Shown: positions 40,953-51,577, counted from the first letter of the whole stretch. The stretch is DNA of 60,326 nt, filler included, from an uncultured Myxococcia bacterium (GCA_964617105.1; 4 parts of 4 records of this genome joined end to end with filler, not necessarily neighbours in it); one strand, 5' to 3'. Made by a program: numbers and translations. The notes: generated by a model not told the origin, from the sequence alone.

Positions 40953-42086
40953 TTGAAATCTAATGTTTTCTATTGCGATATGCGCAGCTCCTATAAAAAC
41001 TCCATTTTAGATAAAATAGTTCGATTGTGCAGCCGGGCCGGGTTAGATGACCTAATAGAACCTCGTAACCGGGTGGCCATAAAAATTCATTGGGGCGAGC
41101 CGGGAAACCTGGCCTTTATTCGTCCGCCTATTATTAGACAAATGGTGGAAATAATAAATAAAACCGGTGCTTCCCCTTTTGTTACCGATACCAACACCCT
41201 CTACTCCGGCGGTCGGCATAATGCCATATGTAACCTGCAATCAGCGGCCGGCAACGGTTTTACCGCCCAGACCCTGGGCGCTCCCATCCTGGTGGCAGAC
41301 GGTTTGGTGGGACTTGATTATCAAAAAGTAAAGGTACCCCAACCCCTGCAACTAAAAGAGGTTAAAATCGCCGCAGCCATCGAACAGGCCGACTTTTTAC
41401 TGGTAATCAGTCATTTCAAAGGACACATGCTATACGGATTTGGCGGCGCCCTCAAACACCTTTGCATGGGTTGCGCCCCCTCTCCTGCCAAGAAACAGTT
41501 GCACTCCGATTTCAAACCCAAAATTGACCAGAAAAAATGCGAAGGTTGTGACATCTGTCTGGAAAACTGCCCATGCCAGGCTATTTATCACCCGTCAGAA
41601 CAAAACCATCCCCAGATTAACATGAAAAAGTGTATCGGTTGCGGTGAATGTTTGGTGTTGTGTCCAGTGCGGGCCATCCCCATTAAATGGAAAACCAATA
41701 TCGAGCCCTTGTTCAAAAAATCGGCTGATTTTATCAAAGCGCTACTCTCCATTAAAAAGGGGAAAACCTTTTTTCTCAATTTTATCACCCAGGTCACTCC
41801 AGACTGCGACTGCTGTAGCTGGAGCGATTTACCTATTGTCCCGGATATCGGTATCTTTGCCTCCCAGGATCCGCTGGCGTTGGATGCCGCATGCCTGGAG
41901 ATGGTAAACCGGGCGCCCGTCTATCCTGGCTCTGCCCTGGAGGAGAAAATTGGTAAAGAGAACCTGACCTCCTTTAAAGGTGACAAATTCCAAAAAATAA
42001 CCGGCATTAACCACCAACCATTTTTCCAATACTTACAGCACCACCAGGTTGGCTCAATCGACTATGAACTGAAAAAGGTGGAATAA
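40953..42086 (+). CDS. DUF362 domain protein with 2x[4Fe-4S] ferredoxin domain
   Basis: VAIKIHWGE, TDTNTLY, SHFKGH..GFGGALK, CEGCDICLENCP, CIGCGECLVLCP and DCDC. GGAGG precedes the TTG at 40953. Confidence 0.9.
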   Translation: MKSNVFYCDMRSSYKNSILDKIVRLCSRAGLDDLIEPRNRVAIKIHWGEPGNLAFIRPPIIRQMVEIINKTGASPFVTDTNTLYSGGRHNAICNLQSAAGNGFTAQTLGAPILVADGLVGLDYQKVKVPQPLQLKEVKIAAAIEQADFLLVISHFKGHMLYGFGGALKHLCMGCAPSPAKKQLHSDFKPKIDQKKCEGCDICLENCPCQAIYHPSEQNHPQINMKKCIGCGECLVLCPVRAIPIKWKTNIEPLFKKSADFIKALLSIKKGKTFFLNFITQVTPDCDCCSWSDLPIVPDIGIFASQDPLALDAACLEMVNRAPVYPGSALEEKIGKENLTSFKGDKFQKITGINHQPFFQYLQHHQVGSIDYELKKVE

Positions 42087-42139
42087 AGTTTAACATATTT
42101 TATAGCCAGAACTGATAGCCGCCCAAAACCAAGAAATAT

Positions 42140-42922
42140 ATGACCACTATTAAATACCTCTTTTTAGATATAAATTTTGATTCGCTAGAGCCGGTAACCA
42201 TATCTCGCGAGCAGGAAATCTTTCACCAAATAAAAAATGTACTGCGGCTTAAAAAAGGCGATTGTATTTGCACCTTTAATGGTCGCGGCGCCAGCCAGCT
42301 GATGGAGTTACATAACTGCAACCAAGAGCAGATCATTGTTATTCCCAGGGGCCCGGCAGATAATTCCTCATCTCATAACCAAACTGGCCTAACTCTCCTT
42401 TTAAGCATCAGTTCGGCGGCTAAATTCGAGTTTGTTTTGCAAAAAGCGGTAGAGATGGGAGTGATTGCCATCAGGCCACTTTTTTGTGAACGCAGCAAAG
42501 TGGTCTCTCCTCCTGAAAAGTGGCAACAAAAAAAGATGGCTCGCTGGAATAAAATTATCAAATCTTCCTGTGCCCAGTCACGCCAAACCACCCTCCCCTC
42601 TCTATTACCACCGCTTGAAATCAACGATCTTTTTACCAAACTAACCCCTCCTGGCCCACCACAGGAGTTGGGTCTTCTGTTTACCCCAGGAAAGCATAAC
42701 GCCCGGGCCGGCCAATTTCTCCGCCAGTTCTCCCCAATGCTGGCCAAACAACAGATACAGATAGCCATCGGTCCAGAAGGTGGTTTTTCCCCTGAGGAGA
42801 TAGAAATTTTCACTAAAAACCATTTCCACCCCCTCTCCCTGGGCGACAATATTCTCCGTTATGAAACAGCAGTTATTGCCATCATCAGTGTTTTGCAGTT
42901 CCTGCGCGGTAACTGGGGATAA
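42140..42922 (+). CDS. rsmE: 16S rRNA m3U1498 methyltransferase
   Basis: HQIKNVLRL, QKAVEMGV, IGPEGGFS and LGDNILRYETA. Confidence 0.95.
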   Translation: MTTIKYLFLDINFDSLEPVTISREQEIFHQIKNVLRLKKGDCICTFNGRGASQLMELHNCNQEQIIVIPRGPADNSSSHNQTGLTLLLSISSAAKFEFVLQKAVEMGVIAIRPLFCERSKVVSPPEKWQQKKMARWNKIIKSSCAQSRQTTLPSLLPPLEINDLFTKLTPPGPPQELGLLFTPGKHNARAGQFLRQFSPMLAKQQIQIAIGPEGGFSPEEIEIFTKNHFHPLSLGDNILRYETAVIAIISVLQFLRGNWG

Positions 42923-43001
42923 GATGGACCGGATAACTTTTTCTTGCGAGATAGGTTATATAATGTCAAAATAGGGTTTTGACCATTATTGGGAGATAGG
43001 A

Positions 43002-43466
43002 ATGGAACTAGCCTCTTTTTCAAGACGTTTTCTGGCCTTGGGGTTAGATTTGCTGATTTTGTCTTTACCGCTTTCGATTATCTTGATGACCTATGCCATT
43101 TTAAATGACTTACAACTCTATGCGCCTTACTATCAAACCGGAATAGACCTGGTGCCTGAAATAGTTTACCGGTTTTATCCAGTATTGCTGCCCACCTTCT
43201 CTATCTGGGCTTTGGTGATCTTTCTCTATTTTTGGCTGACCACTTTTGGCGGAGGTCAAAGTATAGGCAAAATGCTGCTAAAGATGAGAGTTATCCGTCT
43301 CGATGCCAGCCCCTGTAAACTTACCTGCGCTCTCTGGCGCACAATTTTTCAGTTTATTTCTGTTATGCTTTTCTTTTTTGGTTTCTTTTGGGCAATTTTT
43401 GACTGTAAACGGCAATCCTTTCATGATAAAGTTGTTAAAACCGTAGTAATCAGGTGCTATTCGTAA
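43002..43466 (+). CDS. RDD family membrane protein
   Basis: ASFSRRFLA..LD, GQSIGKMLLKMRV and RQSFHDKVVKTVV. Confidence 0.92.
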   Translation: MELASFSRRFLALGLDLLILSLPLSIILMTYAILNDLQLYAPYYQTGIDLVPEIVYRFYPVLLPTFSIWALVIFLYFWLTTFGGGQSIGKMLLKMRVIRLDASPCKLTCALWRTIFQFISVMLFFFGFFWAIFDCKRQSFHDKVVKTVVIRCYS

Positions 43467-45231
43467 TGAATTTAAAAGAAGAACAGAGTCTGGTAAATAA
43501 ATTTTCTGCTAAGATTGATGCGGTCTTAGATCGGGATAAATTGTTCTTTGATTGCCTCGAAATCCTGTCCAGGTATTTTGAGGGGATCATTATTCTTACC
43601 CGCTGCAAAAACACATTTCAAGGTAGTTATGCCATTGGTTACGACCAGGATGAATTTCGCTGTATCAAGATAGATATCAAAGCGCTTCCCCTGGTGATCA
43701 GGGCCTTTGTTCAAAAAGAGACCTGGATAAGCATAGAAGACAACCATGATGCCACAGATTTTTTAAAAACCTTGCAACAGCCCATGATGCAAGATTTTTT
43801 TCTTCGGGGTTTAAAAATCGGTCCTCATCCTGCCGGCTTGATATATGCGGATACCTTAAAAACCGGGTATTCACCTCCAGACCTGGATGTTCTTCAACCT
43901 TTTTTAGAAAAACTGGATAAATCTCTATTCAGAATACTGAAGGAAAAGAAAAAAAAGCGTCAAAGTCCCCAGATAAAACCGGAAGACAAAGAGGTGGCTA
44001 CCGAAGATAAGGAAGGTGAAATTAAGCCCGCGGAAGAGGCAGCAACAGAAACAAAACTTGAGCAGGCGGATACTGCTCCGGATGAAGATATACCTATTGA
44101 TGAAATAGGACTGGACACAGACCAAGACGATGACAACACTCCTGAAGAAGTGATTGCAGCAAAAACTGAACCTGAACAGGCGATAGAAGAAGTATCAGAG
44201 GATCAGGATTCAACTGAAGTTGACTCTACAGATCAAAACGATTTTGAATTGGAAATTGGCTCCCCGGAGATCAAATCTGCAGATACGCAATCGATTTGGG
44301 AGACTGCCCCGGATGAGGAGATGAAACTACCGGAAATGGAAGGTGAGGAAAATAGTGATGACCAGAATACTCCCCAGGCAAAACTCCAGCGACTCCTGGA
44401 TGGATTGTGGGATTTTAACCCCACTGTCAGGCAAAAAAACTTTGACCAGTTATTAGAAGTTGGAGAAGAGGCTTTACCCCTCTTAATCAAGTCCTTTCCC
44501 GGCCCCCTGTTTTTAACCGCCACTTGAAGTACAATAAGTTCCCTTCTGTTGACCAACATGGACCGGTTTTGGCTCTGTTGCTGAAGTTAGGAGATCTGGT
44601 TATACCCGATATGCTGAAAATAACTGAAGTGGATGATGCCGAAGAGCGTTTCTATGCCATTTATATGTTTTCAAAACTTAAAACCACCAAACTGATCCCT
44701 TACCTTTTTAAAAGGTTGACCGATGAAGATCACAAAATTGTGAATATGTCCTGTGAAATACTTTATAACTATAGAAATGAAGCGGAATTTACCCAATATA
44801 GCACTTTACTGGAGGAGAAATTAAACAGCCCGACTATTGAACAAAAAATAGAAGCAGCCTATTGCATGAGCAAAATTAAACATCCAGAATTTGTACCCCA
44901 ATTGATAACCTGTTTGCGTTTTAAAAACCAATTATTGGCGGAAGTTTGCCAACGAGCACTCCTGGAAATTACCAAGCAAAATTTTGGCTTACGCCCTAAA
45001 AAGTGGAACAAGTGGTGGGAAAAAAATAAAGCCTGTGATCGGGTGGCGTGGATAATTGAAGGTCTCTCCATGAAAGATGCCAATATAAGACTATCTGCTA
45101 TTGAAGAGTTATCAATTATTTTGAAAGATACTTTTGATTACGATTATAGCGCTCCTCCCAAACAGCGCCAGCAGGCAATTCAAAAAATAAAGAAATGGTG
45201 GCAACAGAACAGTTCTAAACCTTCTTCATAA
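43466..45231 (+). pseudogene. GAF-like + acidic linker + HEAT-repeat protein (FrgA C-terminus-like), split by a frameshift at 44510-44514
   Basis: ORFs 43466-44527 and 44524-45231 join into continuous SFPGPLFFNRHLKYNKFPSVDQHGP if one T is added to the T5 run. Confidence 0.6.
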
Positions 45232-45260
45232 AGAGTGCCCGTCCGGAGCAATGCTTAGCC

Positions 45261-45827
45261 TTAAGTTTTCCGGTGAAAAATCATCCCTCTTTCCAACCGC
45301 TCCAATACCTTGGCTCTTTGCCGTTTTTTATAGAGGACATGATTGTTTTCCCCGGTTTCATTATTTATCGCGGTTTCCTGGTCGATTAACTGGAATTCCA
45401 CCAGGTGAAAAATAATCTCGCCAAACTTGGAAAAAATCTCATCCGCGTTATCTATCTGAAACTTTTTAGGGTCGATCCTCACCGGCAAATCTACTATAAA
45501 ATTAATCACCTTGTAGTTGGGGCCAGAAAATTCGTTGTTGAAGCGCAATTGTTCCCAACGCTCCTCATCTTCTATACCGATATCGAACTGCAGTTTATCT
45601 TTAAATTCGCTTAAATTCGATTCCCTTTCCATAAGTTGTCGGAAATTGACCAGCGTATTTTCACTTTGACCCGGTACCGTATAGTTAAAAGGGAAAATAT
45701 ACTGACACATGTCAATGAGGGTGGGGATTATATCTGACTCATTTTCTACCACTATCCGGTAGCGCAATTTGTCAAATATCTGGGTAGCTAAATTTTCCTT
45801 TTTGCACAACAATTTGGTAATTAGGCT
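45261..45827 (-). CDS. TIGR04552-like protein (RelA/SpoT-type nucleotidyltransferase fold), C-terminal fragment
   Basis: KLLCKKENLATQIFDKLRYRIV, FPFNYTVPGQSENTL, NEFSGPNYKVINFIVDLPVRID, VEFQLID and GENNH..YK.RQ; truncated by the linker. Confidence 0.75.
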   Translation of the reverse strand, partial: SLITKLLCKKENLATQIFDKLRYRIVVENESDIIPTLIDMCQYIFPFNYTVPGQSENTLVNFRQLMERESNLSEFKDKLQFDIGIEDEERWEQLRFNNEFSGPNYKVINFIVDLPVRIDPKKFQIDNADEIFSKFGEIIFHLVEFQLIDQETAINNETGENNHVLYKKRQRAKVLERLERGMIFHRKT

Positions 45828-45927
45828 NNNNNNNNNNNNNNNNNNNNNNNNNNNNNNNNNNNNNNNNNNNNTTAATTAATTAANNNNNNNNNNNNNNNNN
45901 NNNNNNNNNNNNNNNNNNNNNNNNNNN
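45828..45927. other. Artificial contig linker
   Basis: N44-TTAATTAATTAA-N44. Confidence 0.98.
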
Positions 45928-45928
45928 A

Positions 45929-46591
45929 AAAAATGAACAGAAAGAAGTTCCTCAACCAAAGGTTGAAGAAACTGAAGAACGCCAAATCGGGGATAGACTA
46001 GACCATGATGAGGGAAAAAAACCCAAAAAACAACTGTTCTTAATAGCGCTTTTAGTGGTGGCAATTCTGGGGGCAGCAATCTGGTTTTTCGGCTCTAAAC
46101 CAAAGGAATCAACCCCTGAAGAAAACCTGGCTGTTATTACTAATACAGCAAATTCTTTGGCCCAAAACGTAAAAAAAACTGAACAAATCAAACCAACAGT
46201 CAAACCGAAACCAGTAGATAAAAAGAAAAAGAAAAACCTGGATAAAAAACCGCTTAAGAAAACCAGTAAACGCCCTAAAAAACCTGAAATAGAAACCAAA
46301 GAGAGGCAAAAACCCCAAAAAATCTCGGATAAACCAGCAAAAAAACTCTATCAAGAGGCTGATGCAGAGTTTGTAAATGGTAATTTGGAGAGGGCCATTT
46401 CTTTATATGAGCAGACTATTATTGCCAATCCAACCCTGACCGGCGCCTTCAAAAAATTGGGGATGTGTTACATGCAAAAGGGTGACTCGCTTCAGGCAAA
46501 AAAATATTTTCAACTGTATCTGCAGGCCAAACCCCTGGCTCGGGATAAAAACATCATCAAAGGGATGATGGAGAGTCTGGAGGCAAAATAG
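45929..46591 (+). CDS. Membrane-anchored TPR protein, C-terminal fragment (5'-truncated)
   Basis: Frame is open from the contig start; one TM helix, a K/P-rich linker and TPRs (AISLYEQTIIANP, AKKYFQLYLQAKP). Confidence 0.75.
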   Translation, partial: KNEQKEVPQPKVEETEERQIGDRLDHDEGKKPKKQLFLIALLVVAILGAAIWFFGSKPKESTPEENLAVITNTANSLAQNVKKTEQIKPTVKPKPVDKKKKKNLDKKPLKKTSKRPKKPEIETKERQKPQKISDKPAKKLYQEADAEFVNGNLERAISLYEQTIIANPTLTGAFKKLGMCYMQKGDSLQAKKYFQLYLQAKPLARDKNIIKGMMESLEAK

Positions 46592-46689
46592 CTTCCCTCC
46601 AGCCACAATATGGCACACAAAAATAGATTTTACCCGCACCAAATGCTGAATCGGCCGGCCATGGAATGGGTAGAAAAAAGGAGGAGATA

Positions 46690-47913
46690 ATGGCCACCAT
46701 CAATAAAAATTACTCAAAACTGTCTGCCAATTACCTTTTTCCGGAGATTGCCCGGCGGGCAGCCCTTTTTGTGGAAAAAAATCCATCAGTGGAACTGCTG
46801 CGTCTGGGCATAGGCGATACCACCGAGCCCATTCCAGAACCCATAATTCAAGGCCTCAGACAGGGAGTGGAGGCGTTGACCAAGATAGAGACCTACAACG
46901 GTTACAATCAGGGCGAAGGGGATATCAGGCTGCGGGCAGCCCTGGCCAGCCACTACCTTCCCCTGGGAGTGAAGTTGACTCCGGATGATATTTTCGTAAG
47001 TGATGGAGCCAAGTCAGACGCTGGCAATATCCAGTCTATATTTGGCGCCCAAAATGTGGTGGCAGTTCAAGATCCGGCCTACCCGGTTTATGTGGACAGT
47101 AATGTCATTGCCGGTCGGACCGGCCAGTTTGAGGAAGGCCGGTACCAGGGTCTGGTTTATATGCCCTGCCTGGCCCAAAACAATTTTTTTCCCCATTTGC
47201 CAGAACAAAAAGTTGACCTGATCTACCTCTGTTTTCCTAATAACCCCACTGGAGCGGTGGCCAACAAAAAACAATTGAAAGAGTTTGTAGATTATGCCCT
47301 AAAGCACCGGGCAGTGATCATTTTTGATGCTGCTTATGCTGCTTTTATTAACGATCCAGAGTTGCCTCGCAGTATCTTTGAGATAGAGGGTGCAAAAAAA
47401 TGTGCCATCGAGATCAACAGTTTTTCCAAAACCGCCGGGTTTACCGGGGTCAGGCTGGGTTGGTCGGTGGTGCCCGTGGAACTTGAAGTTGAAGATGGGC
47501 CGCCAGGAAAGATAAACCAGATGTGGAGACGCCGGCAAAATACCCTGTTTAACGGTGCCTCCAATATTGTGCAGCAGGGAGGGCTGGCGGTTTTGAGCCC
47601 CCAGGGGCAAAAGGCAGTGACCAAACTGGTAGAATTCTACATGGGAAATGCCGCCATTATTAGACAGGGGATGATAGAGGCAGGTTTTCGGGTTTATGGC
47701 GGCGACAATGCCCCTTATGTGTGGATGGAAACACCGTCACAATTAGATTCCTGGCAGTTTTTTGATAAAATGCTGGAAAAGGCTGGCGTAGTGGGAACAC
47801 CGGGTAGTGGTTTCGGCCCCAGCGGCCAGGGATATTTTCGGCTCAGCGCTTTTGGCAATCGAGAAAATATCCAGCGGGCGGTGAAGAGGATCCAGGATGG
47901 TCTACGATTCTAA
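46690..47913 (+). CDS. dapL: LL-diaminopimelate aminotransferase
   Basis: NYLFPEI, LGIGDTTEP, SDGAKSD, DPAYPVYVD, CFPNNPTG, SFSKTAGFTGVRLG and TPGSGFGPSGQGYFRLSAF. Confidence 0.96.
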   Translation: MATINKNYSKLSANYLFPEIARRAALFVEKNPSVELLRLGIGDTTEPIPEPIIQGLRQGVEALTKIETYNGYNQGEGDIRLRAALASHYLPLGVKLTPDDIFVSDGAKSDAGNIQSIFGAQNVVAVQDPAYPVYVDSNVIAGRTGQFEEGRYQGLVYMPCLAQNNFFPHLPEQKVDLIYLCFPNNPTGAVANKKQLKEFVDYALKHRAVIIFDAAYAAFINDPELPRSIFEIEGAKKCAIEINSFSKTAGFTGVRLGWSVVPVELEVEDGPPGKINQMWRRRQNTLFNGASNIVQQGGLAVLSPQGQKAVTKLVEFYMGNAAIIRQGMIEAGFRVYGGDNAPYVWMETPSQLDSWQFFDKMLEKAGVVGTPGSGFGPSGQGYFRLSAFGNRENIQRAVKRIQDGLRF

Positions 47914-48172
47914 AAGTCACGCTGAAAAAACAATGATAGAATATGGTATAATAAAAGATAATGAAGTTTATCAAGCTGTGTCTAATGGAGAAGTTATTGA
48001 ATCCTATTATGACGATAAGCCATATCCATCAGTACTAATATATGGTGAAACCAAAATAGGAAAACCTCTTCATGTTGTATGTGCCTATAATAAAGCTGAT
48101 AATCTGTCAATAGTAGTAACAGTATATCGTCCCAATCCAAACTTGTGGATAGATTTTAAGAAAAGGAAATAA
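47897..48172 (+). CDS. DUF4258 family protein (RelE/MqsR-like putative toxin)
   Basis: HA...M, GEVIESYYDDKPYPSVLIYG, PLHVVCA and VTVYRPNP..W. Confidence 0.8.
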   Translation: MVYDSKSHAEKTMIEYGIIKDNEVYQAVSNGEVIESYYDDKPYPSVLIYGETKIGKPLHVVCAYNKADNLSIVVTVYRPNPNLWIDFKKRK

Positions 48173-48173
48173 C

Positions 48174-48407
48174 ATGAAATGCGTTATTTGTCAGGGTGAA
48201 AATATTGTTACTAAAAAAATCAAAGAACCAATCAATAAAGGTAATGATATCATCCACGTCATTTTAAAAATTCCTGTCTGCCAAAACTGTGGGGAGAAAT
48301 ATTATCCCCGCGCAACGATACAAATGCTTGAAAAACTTGAAGTGCAAGTGCAAAACAGCGAACTTCATTTAAAAGAGGTGGGCAAAGTCCTGGAGTATGT
48401 TGCATAA
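48174..48407 (+). CDS. YgiT-type zinc-finger protein (MqsA N-terminal-like)
   Basis: MKCVIC...VCQNCGEKYY; begins 1 nt after the DUF4258 stop. Confidence 0.85.
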   Translation: MKCVICQGENIVTKKIKEPINKGNDIIHVILKIPVCQNCGEKYYPRATIQMLEKLEVQVQNSELHLKEVGKVLEYVA

Positions 48408-48408
48408 T

Positions 48409-51378
48409 TCAATCGGCTAAACCCCAAAAAAGCACCGGATGAACAGCGGGCAGGTTACAGTGCCTCTCTATCTGAAACCGGCATGCACCACAGGGAGAGA
48501 TAACCAGATCAGCCCCGGTTTGACCTATAGCCTCTATTTTGGCGGCTGCCAATTTTTCAGATATATGGCTTACATCGGCCTTGAGGCCGAAGCTACCAGC
48601 CATGCCACAGCAACTCTCGGACAAAACTTCCACTTCCAGGCCAGGGACTTGAGCCAACAATTGTAAATTTGCCGATAAATCCTCTCCCTCCGATTGGTGG
48701 CAAGGTATGTGATAGGCGGCTTTCAGTTTGGTATCGGCAGATTTTGGCTGGACATTAGCATCTGTCAACCCGGCATTAAAATCCCGGGAATTAAACCCCT
48801 GGCGCCGGGTTAATATCTCTCCCAAATAACTTAAGGATCCAGCCGGAATCCGGGCTGTTTTTCCCACCAGACTGGGTAGCAGTTCCGCCAGACTCTCCCC
48901 ACAACTTGGGCAGGTGTAAACCACCTGAAAACCTTTTTCCAACCAGGGCGCCATAGTCTCAGCAATACTACGGGCCTGTCGCCTGGCTACAGTAGTTTCT
49001 CCAGCATACCAGGCGCTAAAACCGCAGCAGGAAAAAGAGGGCTGCACTACCTGAAAACCCTTTTGCTTAAGCAGGGCAACCGCAGGTAATGACTCCTCAT
49101 TAAAAGCCACATAACTGGCAAAACATCCGGGGAAATAGACCACCTTTGGGTAGGTTTGCTCTGAGTAAGTTCGAACTGATTTGGTTTGACCTAAATGAGC
49201 AGGCTGGCTTTTACCTAACTTGCTACCAGAGGTCAGTTTTAAAAGTAATCTGTTTAGATCCGTAATTTTTTTGGTTTTAGGAAAAAATTCTGCCTCCGGG
49301 TTGACCCCCAGTCGTTGAAATAGTTGAAGGTCTCTATACTGACGCAAATTTGAGCGCAAATTTGATGACAGAGGACCCAGCAGATGGCTATATTTTAATG
49401 GCATAGCCGGGTCGCTCATGGCCAGAGAGAACAAAGCGCTCCCCTGACGATGCACGCGGTATTCCCGCCAAAGGCGAACCAATTTTCTGGTATCCACCCG
49501 GCTGGGACACAGTCGTTGGCATTTACCGCAACCCAAGCAGGTGCTAAAAGCCTTTTTAGCCTCTAGGGAAGATAGAAGTTGCCGGGAGGATAATTGCCTG
49601 AGCAGGTTGTGCCTGGCTCGAGGTAAATTAATTTCCTCTCTTTCAGCCAGATAGGAGGGACAAAAATCGCGGCACTTGCCGCAGCCATGACATTTTTCCA
49701 CCTCTGCACTAGATATGGGTATGTTAGAGTCAACCTGGCGATTATACTTAAAATATTGGCTAAAAACCTGACTCAAGGCGTCCCTGGCCCGGGGCTGGCC
49801 GGTTTCCAGCAATTTCACTCCCCGATTAAGGATATTTAAAGGATCAAACAGATGCTTTAAGGGATAAAACAAGCGCTTAAATGGTTGGGGGTAGATACCC
49901 TGAAAATAGGCACTGCGCAACCTACCCAATCCGTGCTCACCACTTAAAACTCCCCCCATCTCTTTTACCAGCAAGGCGTGCTGTTCAAAGAGTTCTATCA
50001 TGATATTCAGGTCTCTTTGTCCTCTTACCTGGAAAAAGGGGCGAATATGAATATTGCCGCTGGCAGCATGCCCATATATAAAGGTTTTAATACCGTATTG
50101 CCCTAAGATCTCCTCCATGGCAGTTAAAAAAACCGACAGATTCTCAATCGGCAAAGCGGCATCTTCGATAAGGGCAATGGGCGTCCCCTTCCCTTCCAGC
50201 CGGTGCACCAGTCCCACCGCCATTTTTCGAAGACTCCAAAGGGCTGCTTGTTCCTCTGGTGATTGGTGCACTGTGGAGGAGAGGTTGAATTTTGAGGCTA
50301 TTGACTGGGCCTGTTTGGCTTTTTTACCATCCGCGCCTTCAAACTCTATATAATATAGGTATAGGAACTCATTTTGCAAAAGTGACTGCAGCCGTTGATA
50401 ACCCGCATTGAGTCCGGTTTCCAGGATATAGCGATGCAATAACTCGATACGGCTCGGCTGCAACGAATAGATCGATTGGATAAATTGCGCCGCCTTTTTT
50501 AAGTCCCTGGCCATAGCTATAACCAGGCAACTCTTTTCTGGTTTATCCTCCAGTTTCAAACCAGCCTCAGTAATTATGGCTAAAGTTCCCTCTGATGCGG
50601 CCAGCACCTGCTGAGGATGAAAATATCGGTTTTTCACTACATTTTTCAGGTTAAACGAGGAGGAATCTTTTAAAAATGAATTGGCCATTGGCTCAATCAT
50701 GGTCCGACAATCCATATACAAAGCAGACACCTGCCGCCAGAGATCTCTCTCTTTTTCACTCAAACCTCCAAATTCATCCTGTCCCGGGGCAGCGGTTTTC
50801 CATTTTTTCCGTTCCGGCCGCAAACCTAAAGCCGATAAGGGCAAACTTCTGGCTTGAAGCCTCTCTCCTCTGCCACTGATAAGGGAAAGGCTATGTAAGT
50901 GATCTCTGGTGGTGCCGTATTTGACATCCCGGGATCCACCAGAATTGTTGGCAATCATTCCGCCAATAGTACAATAGGCAGAAGATGAGGGATCAGGAGC
51001 AAACATCAAGTTGTAATTGGCAAGTTGGCGGTTGAGAATATCAAGATTTACCCCCGGCTGCACTGTGGCCCGCTTATTATCTGGATCCACAGCCAGAATT
51101 TTATTCATATACACGCTCATATCCACGATTATACCGGGTCCCAGGCCCTGACCGGCCAGGGATGAACCGCCGCCGCGGCAGGTGATAGTCACTCCATGTT
51201 CGCCAGCTAACTTAACCAGGGAAACCAATTGTTCCTCCTTTTTAGGAAAAACTATGGCCATTGGTTCAATCTGAAAAATCGAGGCATCGCAACTGTATAT
51301 TTTTCTGGCGCTCAGGCTATGGTGTAAATCAGAACCAAAAATCTCTTGCAGCGATTTTAGCAATCTGTTTTTATCCAT
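48409..51378 (-). CDS. FAD-linked oxidase fused to Fe-S and CCG domains (GlcD/GlcF/YdiJ-like)
   Basis: RGGGSSLAGQ, PDPSS..CTIGGMIANNSGG, SEGTL, GHA.SGNIH, SGEHGLG, two CxxCxxCxxxCP motifs and two CCG motifs. Confidence 0.92.
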   Translation of the reverse strand: MDKNRLLKSLQEIFGSDLHHSLSARKIYSCDASIFQIEPMAIVFPKKEEQLVSLVKLAGEHGVTITCRGGGSSLAGQGLGPGIIVDMSVYMNKILAVDPDNKRATVQPGVNLDILNRQLANYNLMFAPDPSSSAYCTIGGMIANNSGGSRDVKYGTTRDHLHSLSLISGRGERLQARSLPLSALGLRPERKKWKTAAPGQDEFGGLSEKERDLWRQVSALYMDCRTMIEPMANSFLKDSSSFNLKNVVKNRYFHPQQVLAASEGTLAIITEAGLKLEDKPEKSCLVIAMARDLKKAAQFIQSIYSLQPSRIELLHRYILETGLNAGYQRLQSLLQNEFLYLYYIEFEGADGKKAKQAQSIASKFNLSSTVHQSPEEQAALWSLRKMAVGLVHRLEGKGTPIALIEDAALPIENLSVFLTAMEEILGQYGIKTFIYGHAASGNIHIRPFFQVRGQRDLNIMIELFEQHALLVKEMGGVLSGEHGLGRLRSAYFQGIYPQPFKRLFYPLKHLFDPLNILNRGVKLLETGQPRARDALSQVFSQYFKYNRQVDSNIPISSAEVEKCHGCGKCRDFCPSYLAEREEINLPRARHNLLRQLSSRQLLSSLEAKKAFSTCLGCGKCQRLCPSRVDTRKLVRLWREYRVHRQGSALFSLAMSDPAMPLKYSHLLGPLSSNLRSNLRQYRDLQLFQRLGVNPEAEFFPKTKKITDLNRLLLKLTSGSKLGKSQPAHLGQTKSVRTYSEQTYPKVVYFPGCFASYVAFNEESLPAVALLKQKGFQVVQPSFSCCGFSAWYAGETTVARRQARSIAETMAPWLEKGFQVVYTCPSCGESLAELLPSLVGKTARIPAGSLSYLGEILTRRQGFNSRDFNAGLTDANVQPKSADTKLKAAYHIPCHQSEGEDLSANLQLLAQVPGLEVEVLSESCCGMAGSFGLKADVSHISEKLAAAKIEAIGQTGADLVISPCGACRFQIERHCNLPAVHPVLFWGLAD

Positions 51379-51577
51379 TTTTATCCTATTCCTCATTACA
51401 ACAACGGCCTTGCCAATGCTGTTTTTAGTAAACTATCCTTGCAAATATTTTCAGGATATACTAATTATTAATATAATGGGTTGATTGGGAACTATCAACC
51501 TGTTTATCTAACAATTGGTGTCCATCTGGGAATAAACTGAGACACTAAACCTGCTAAATCTGGGGAAGGAGCAAAAA

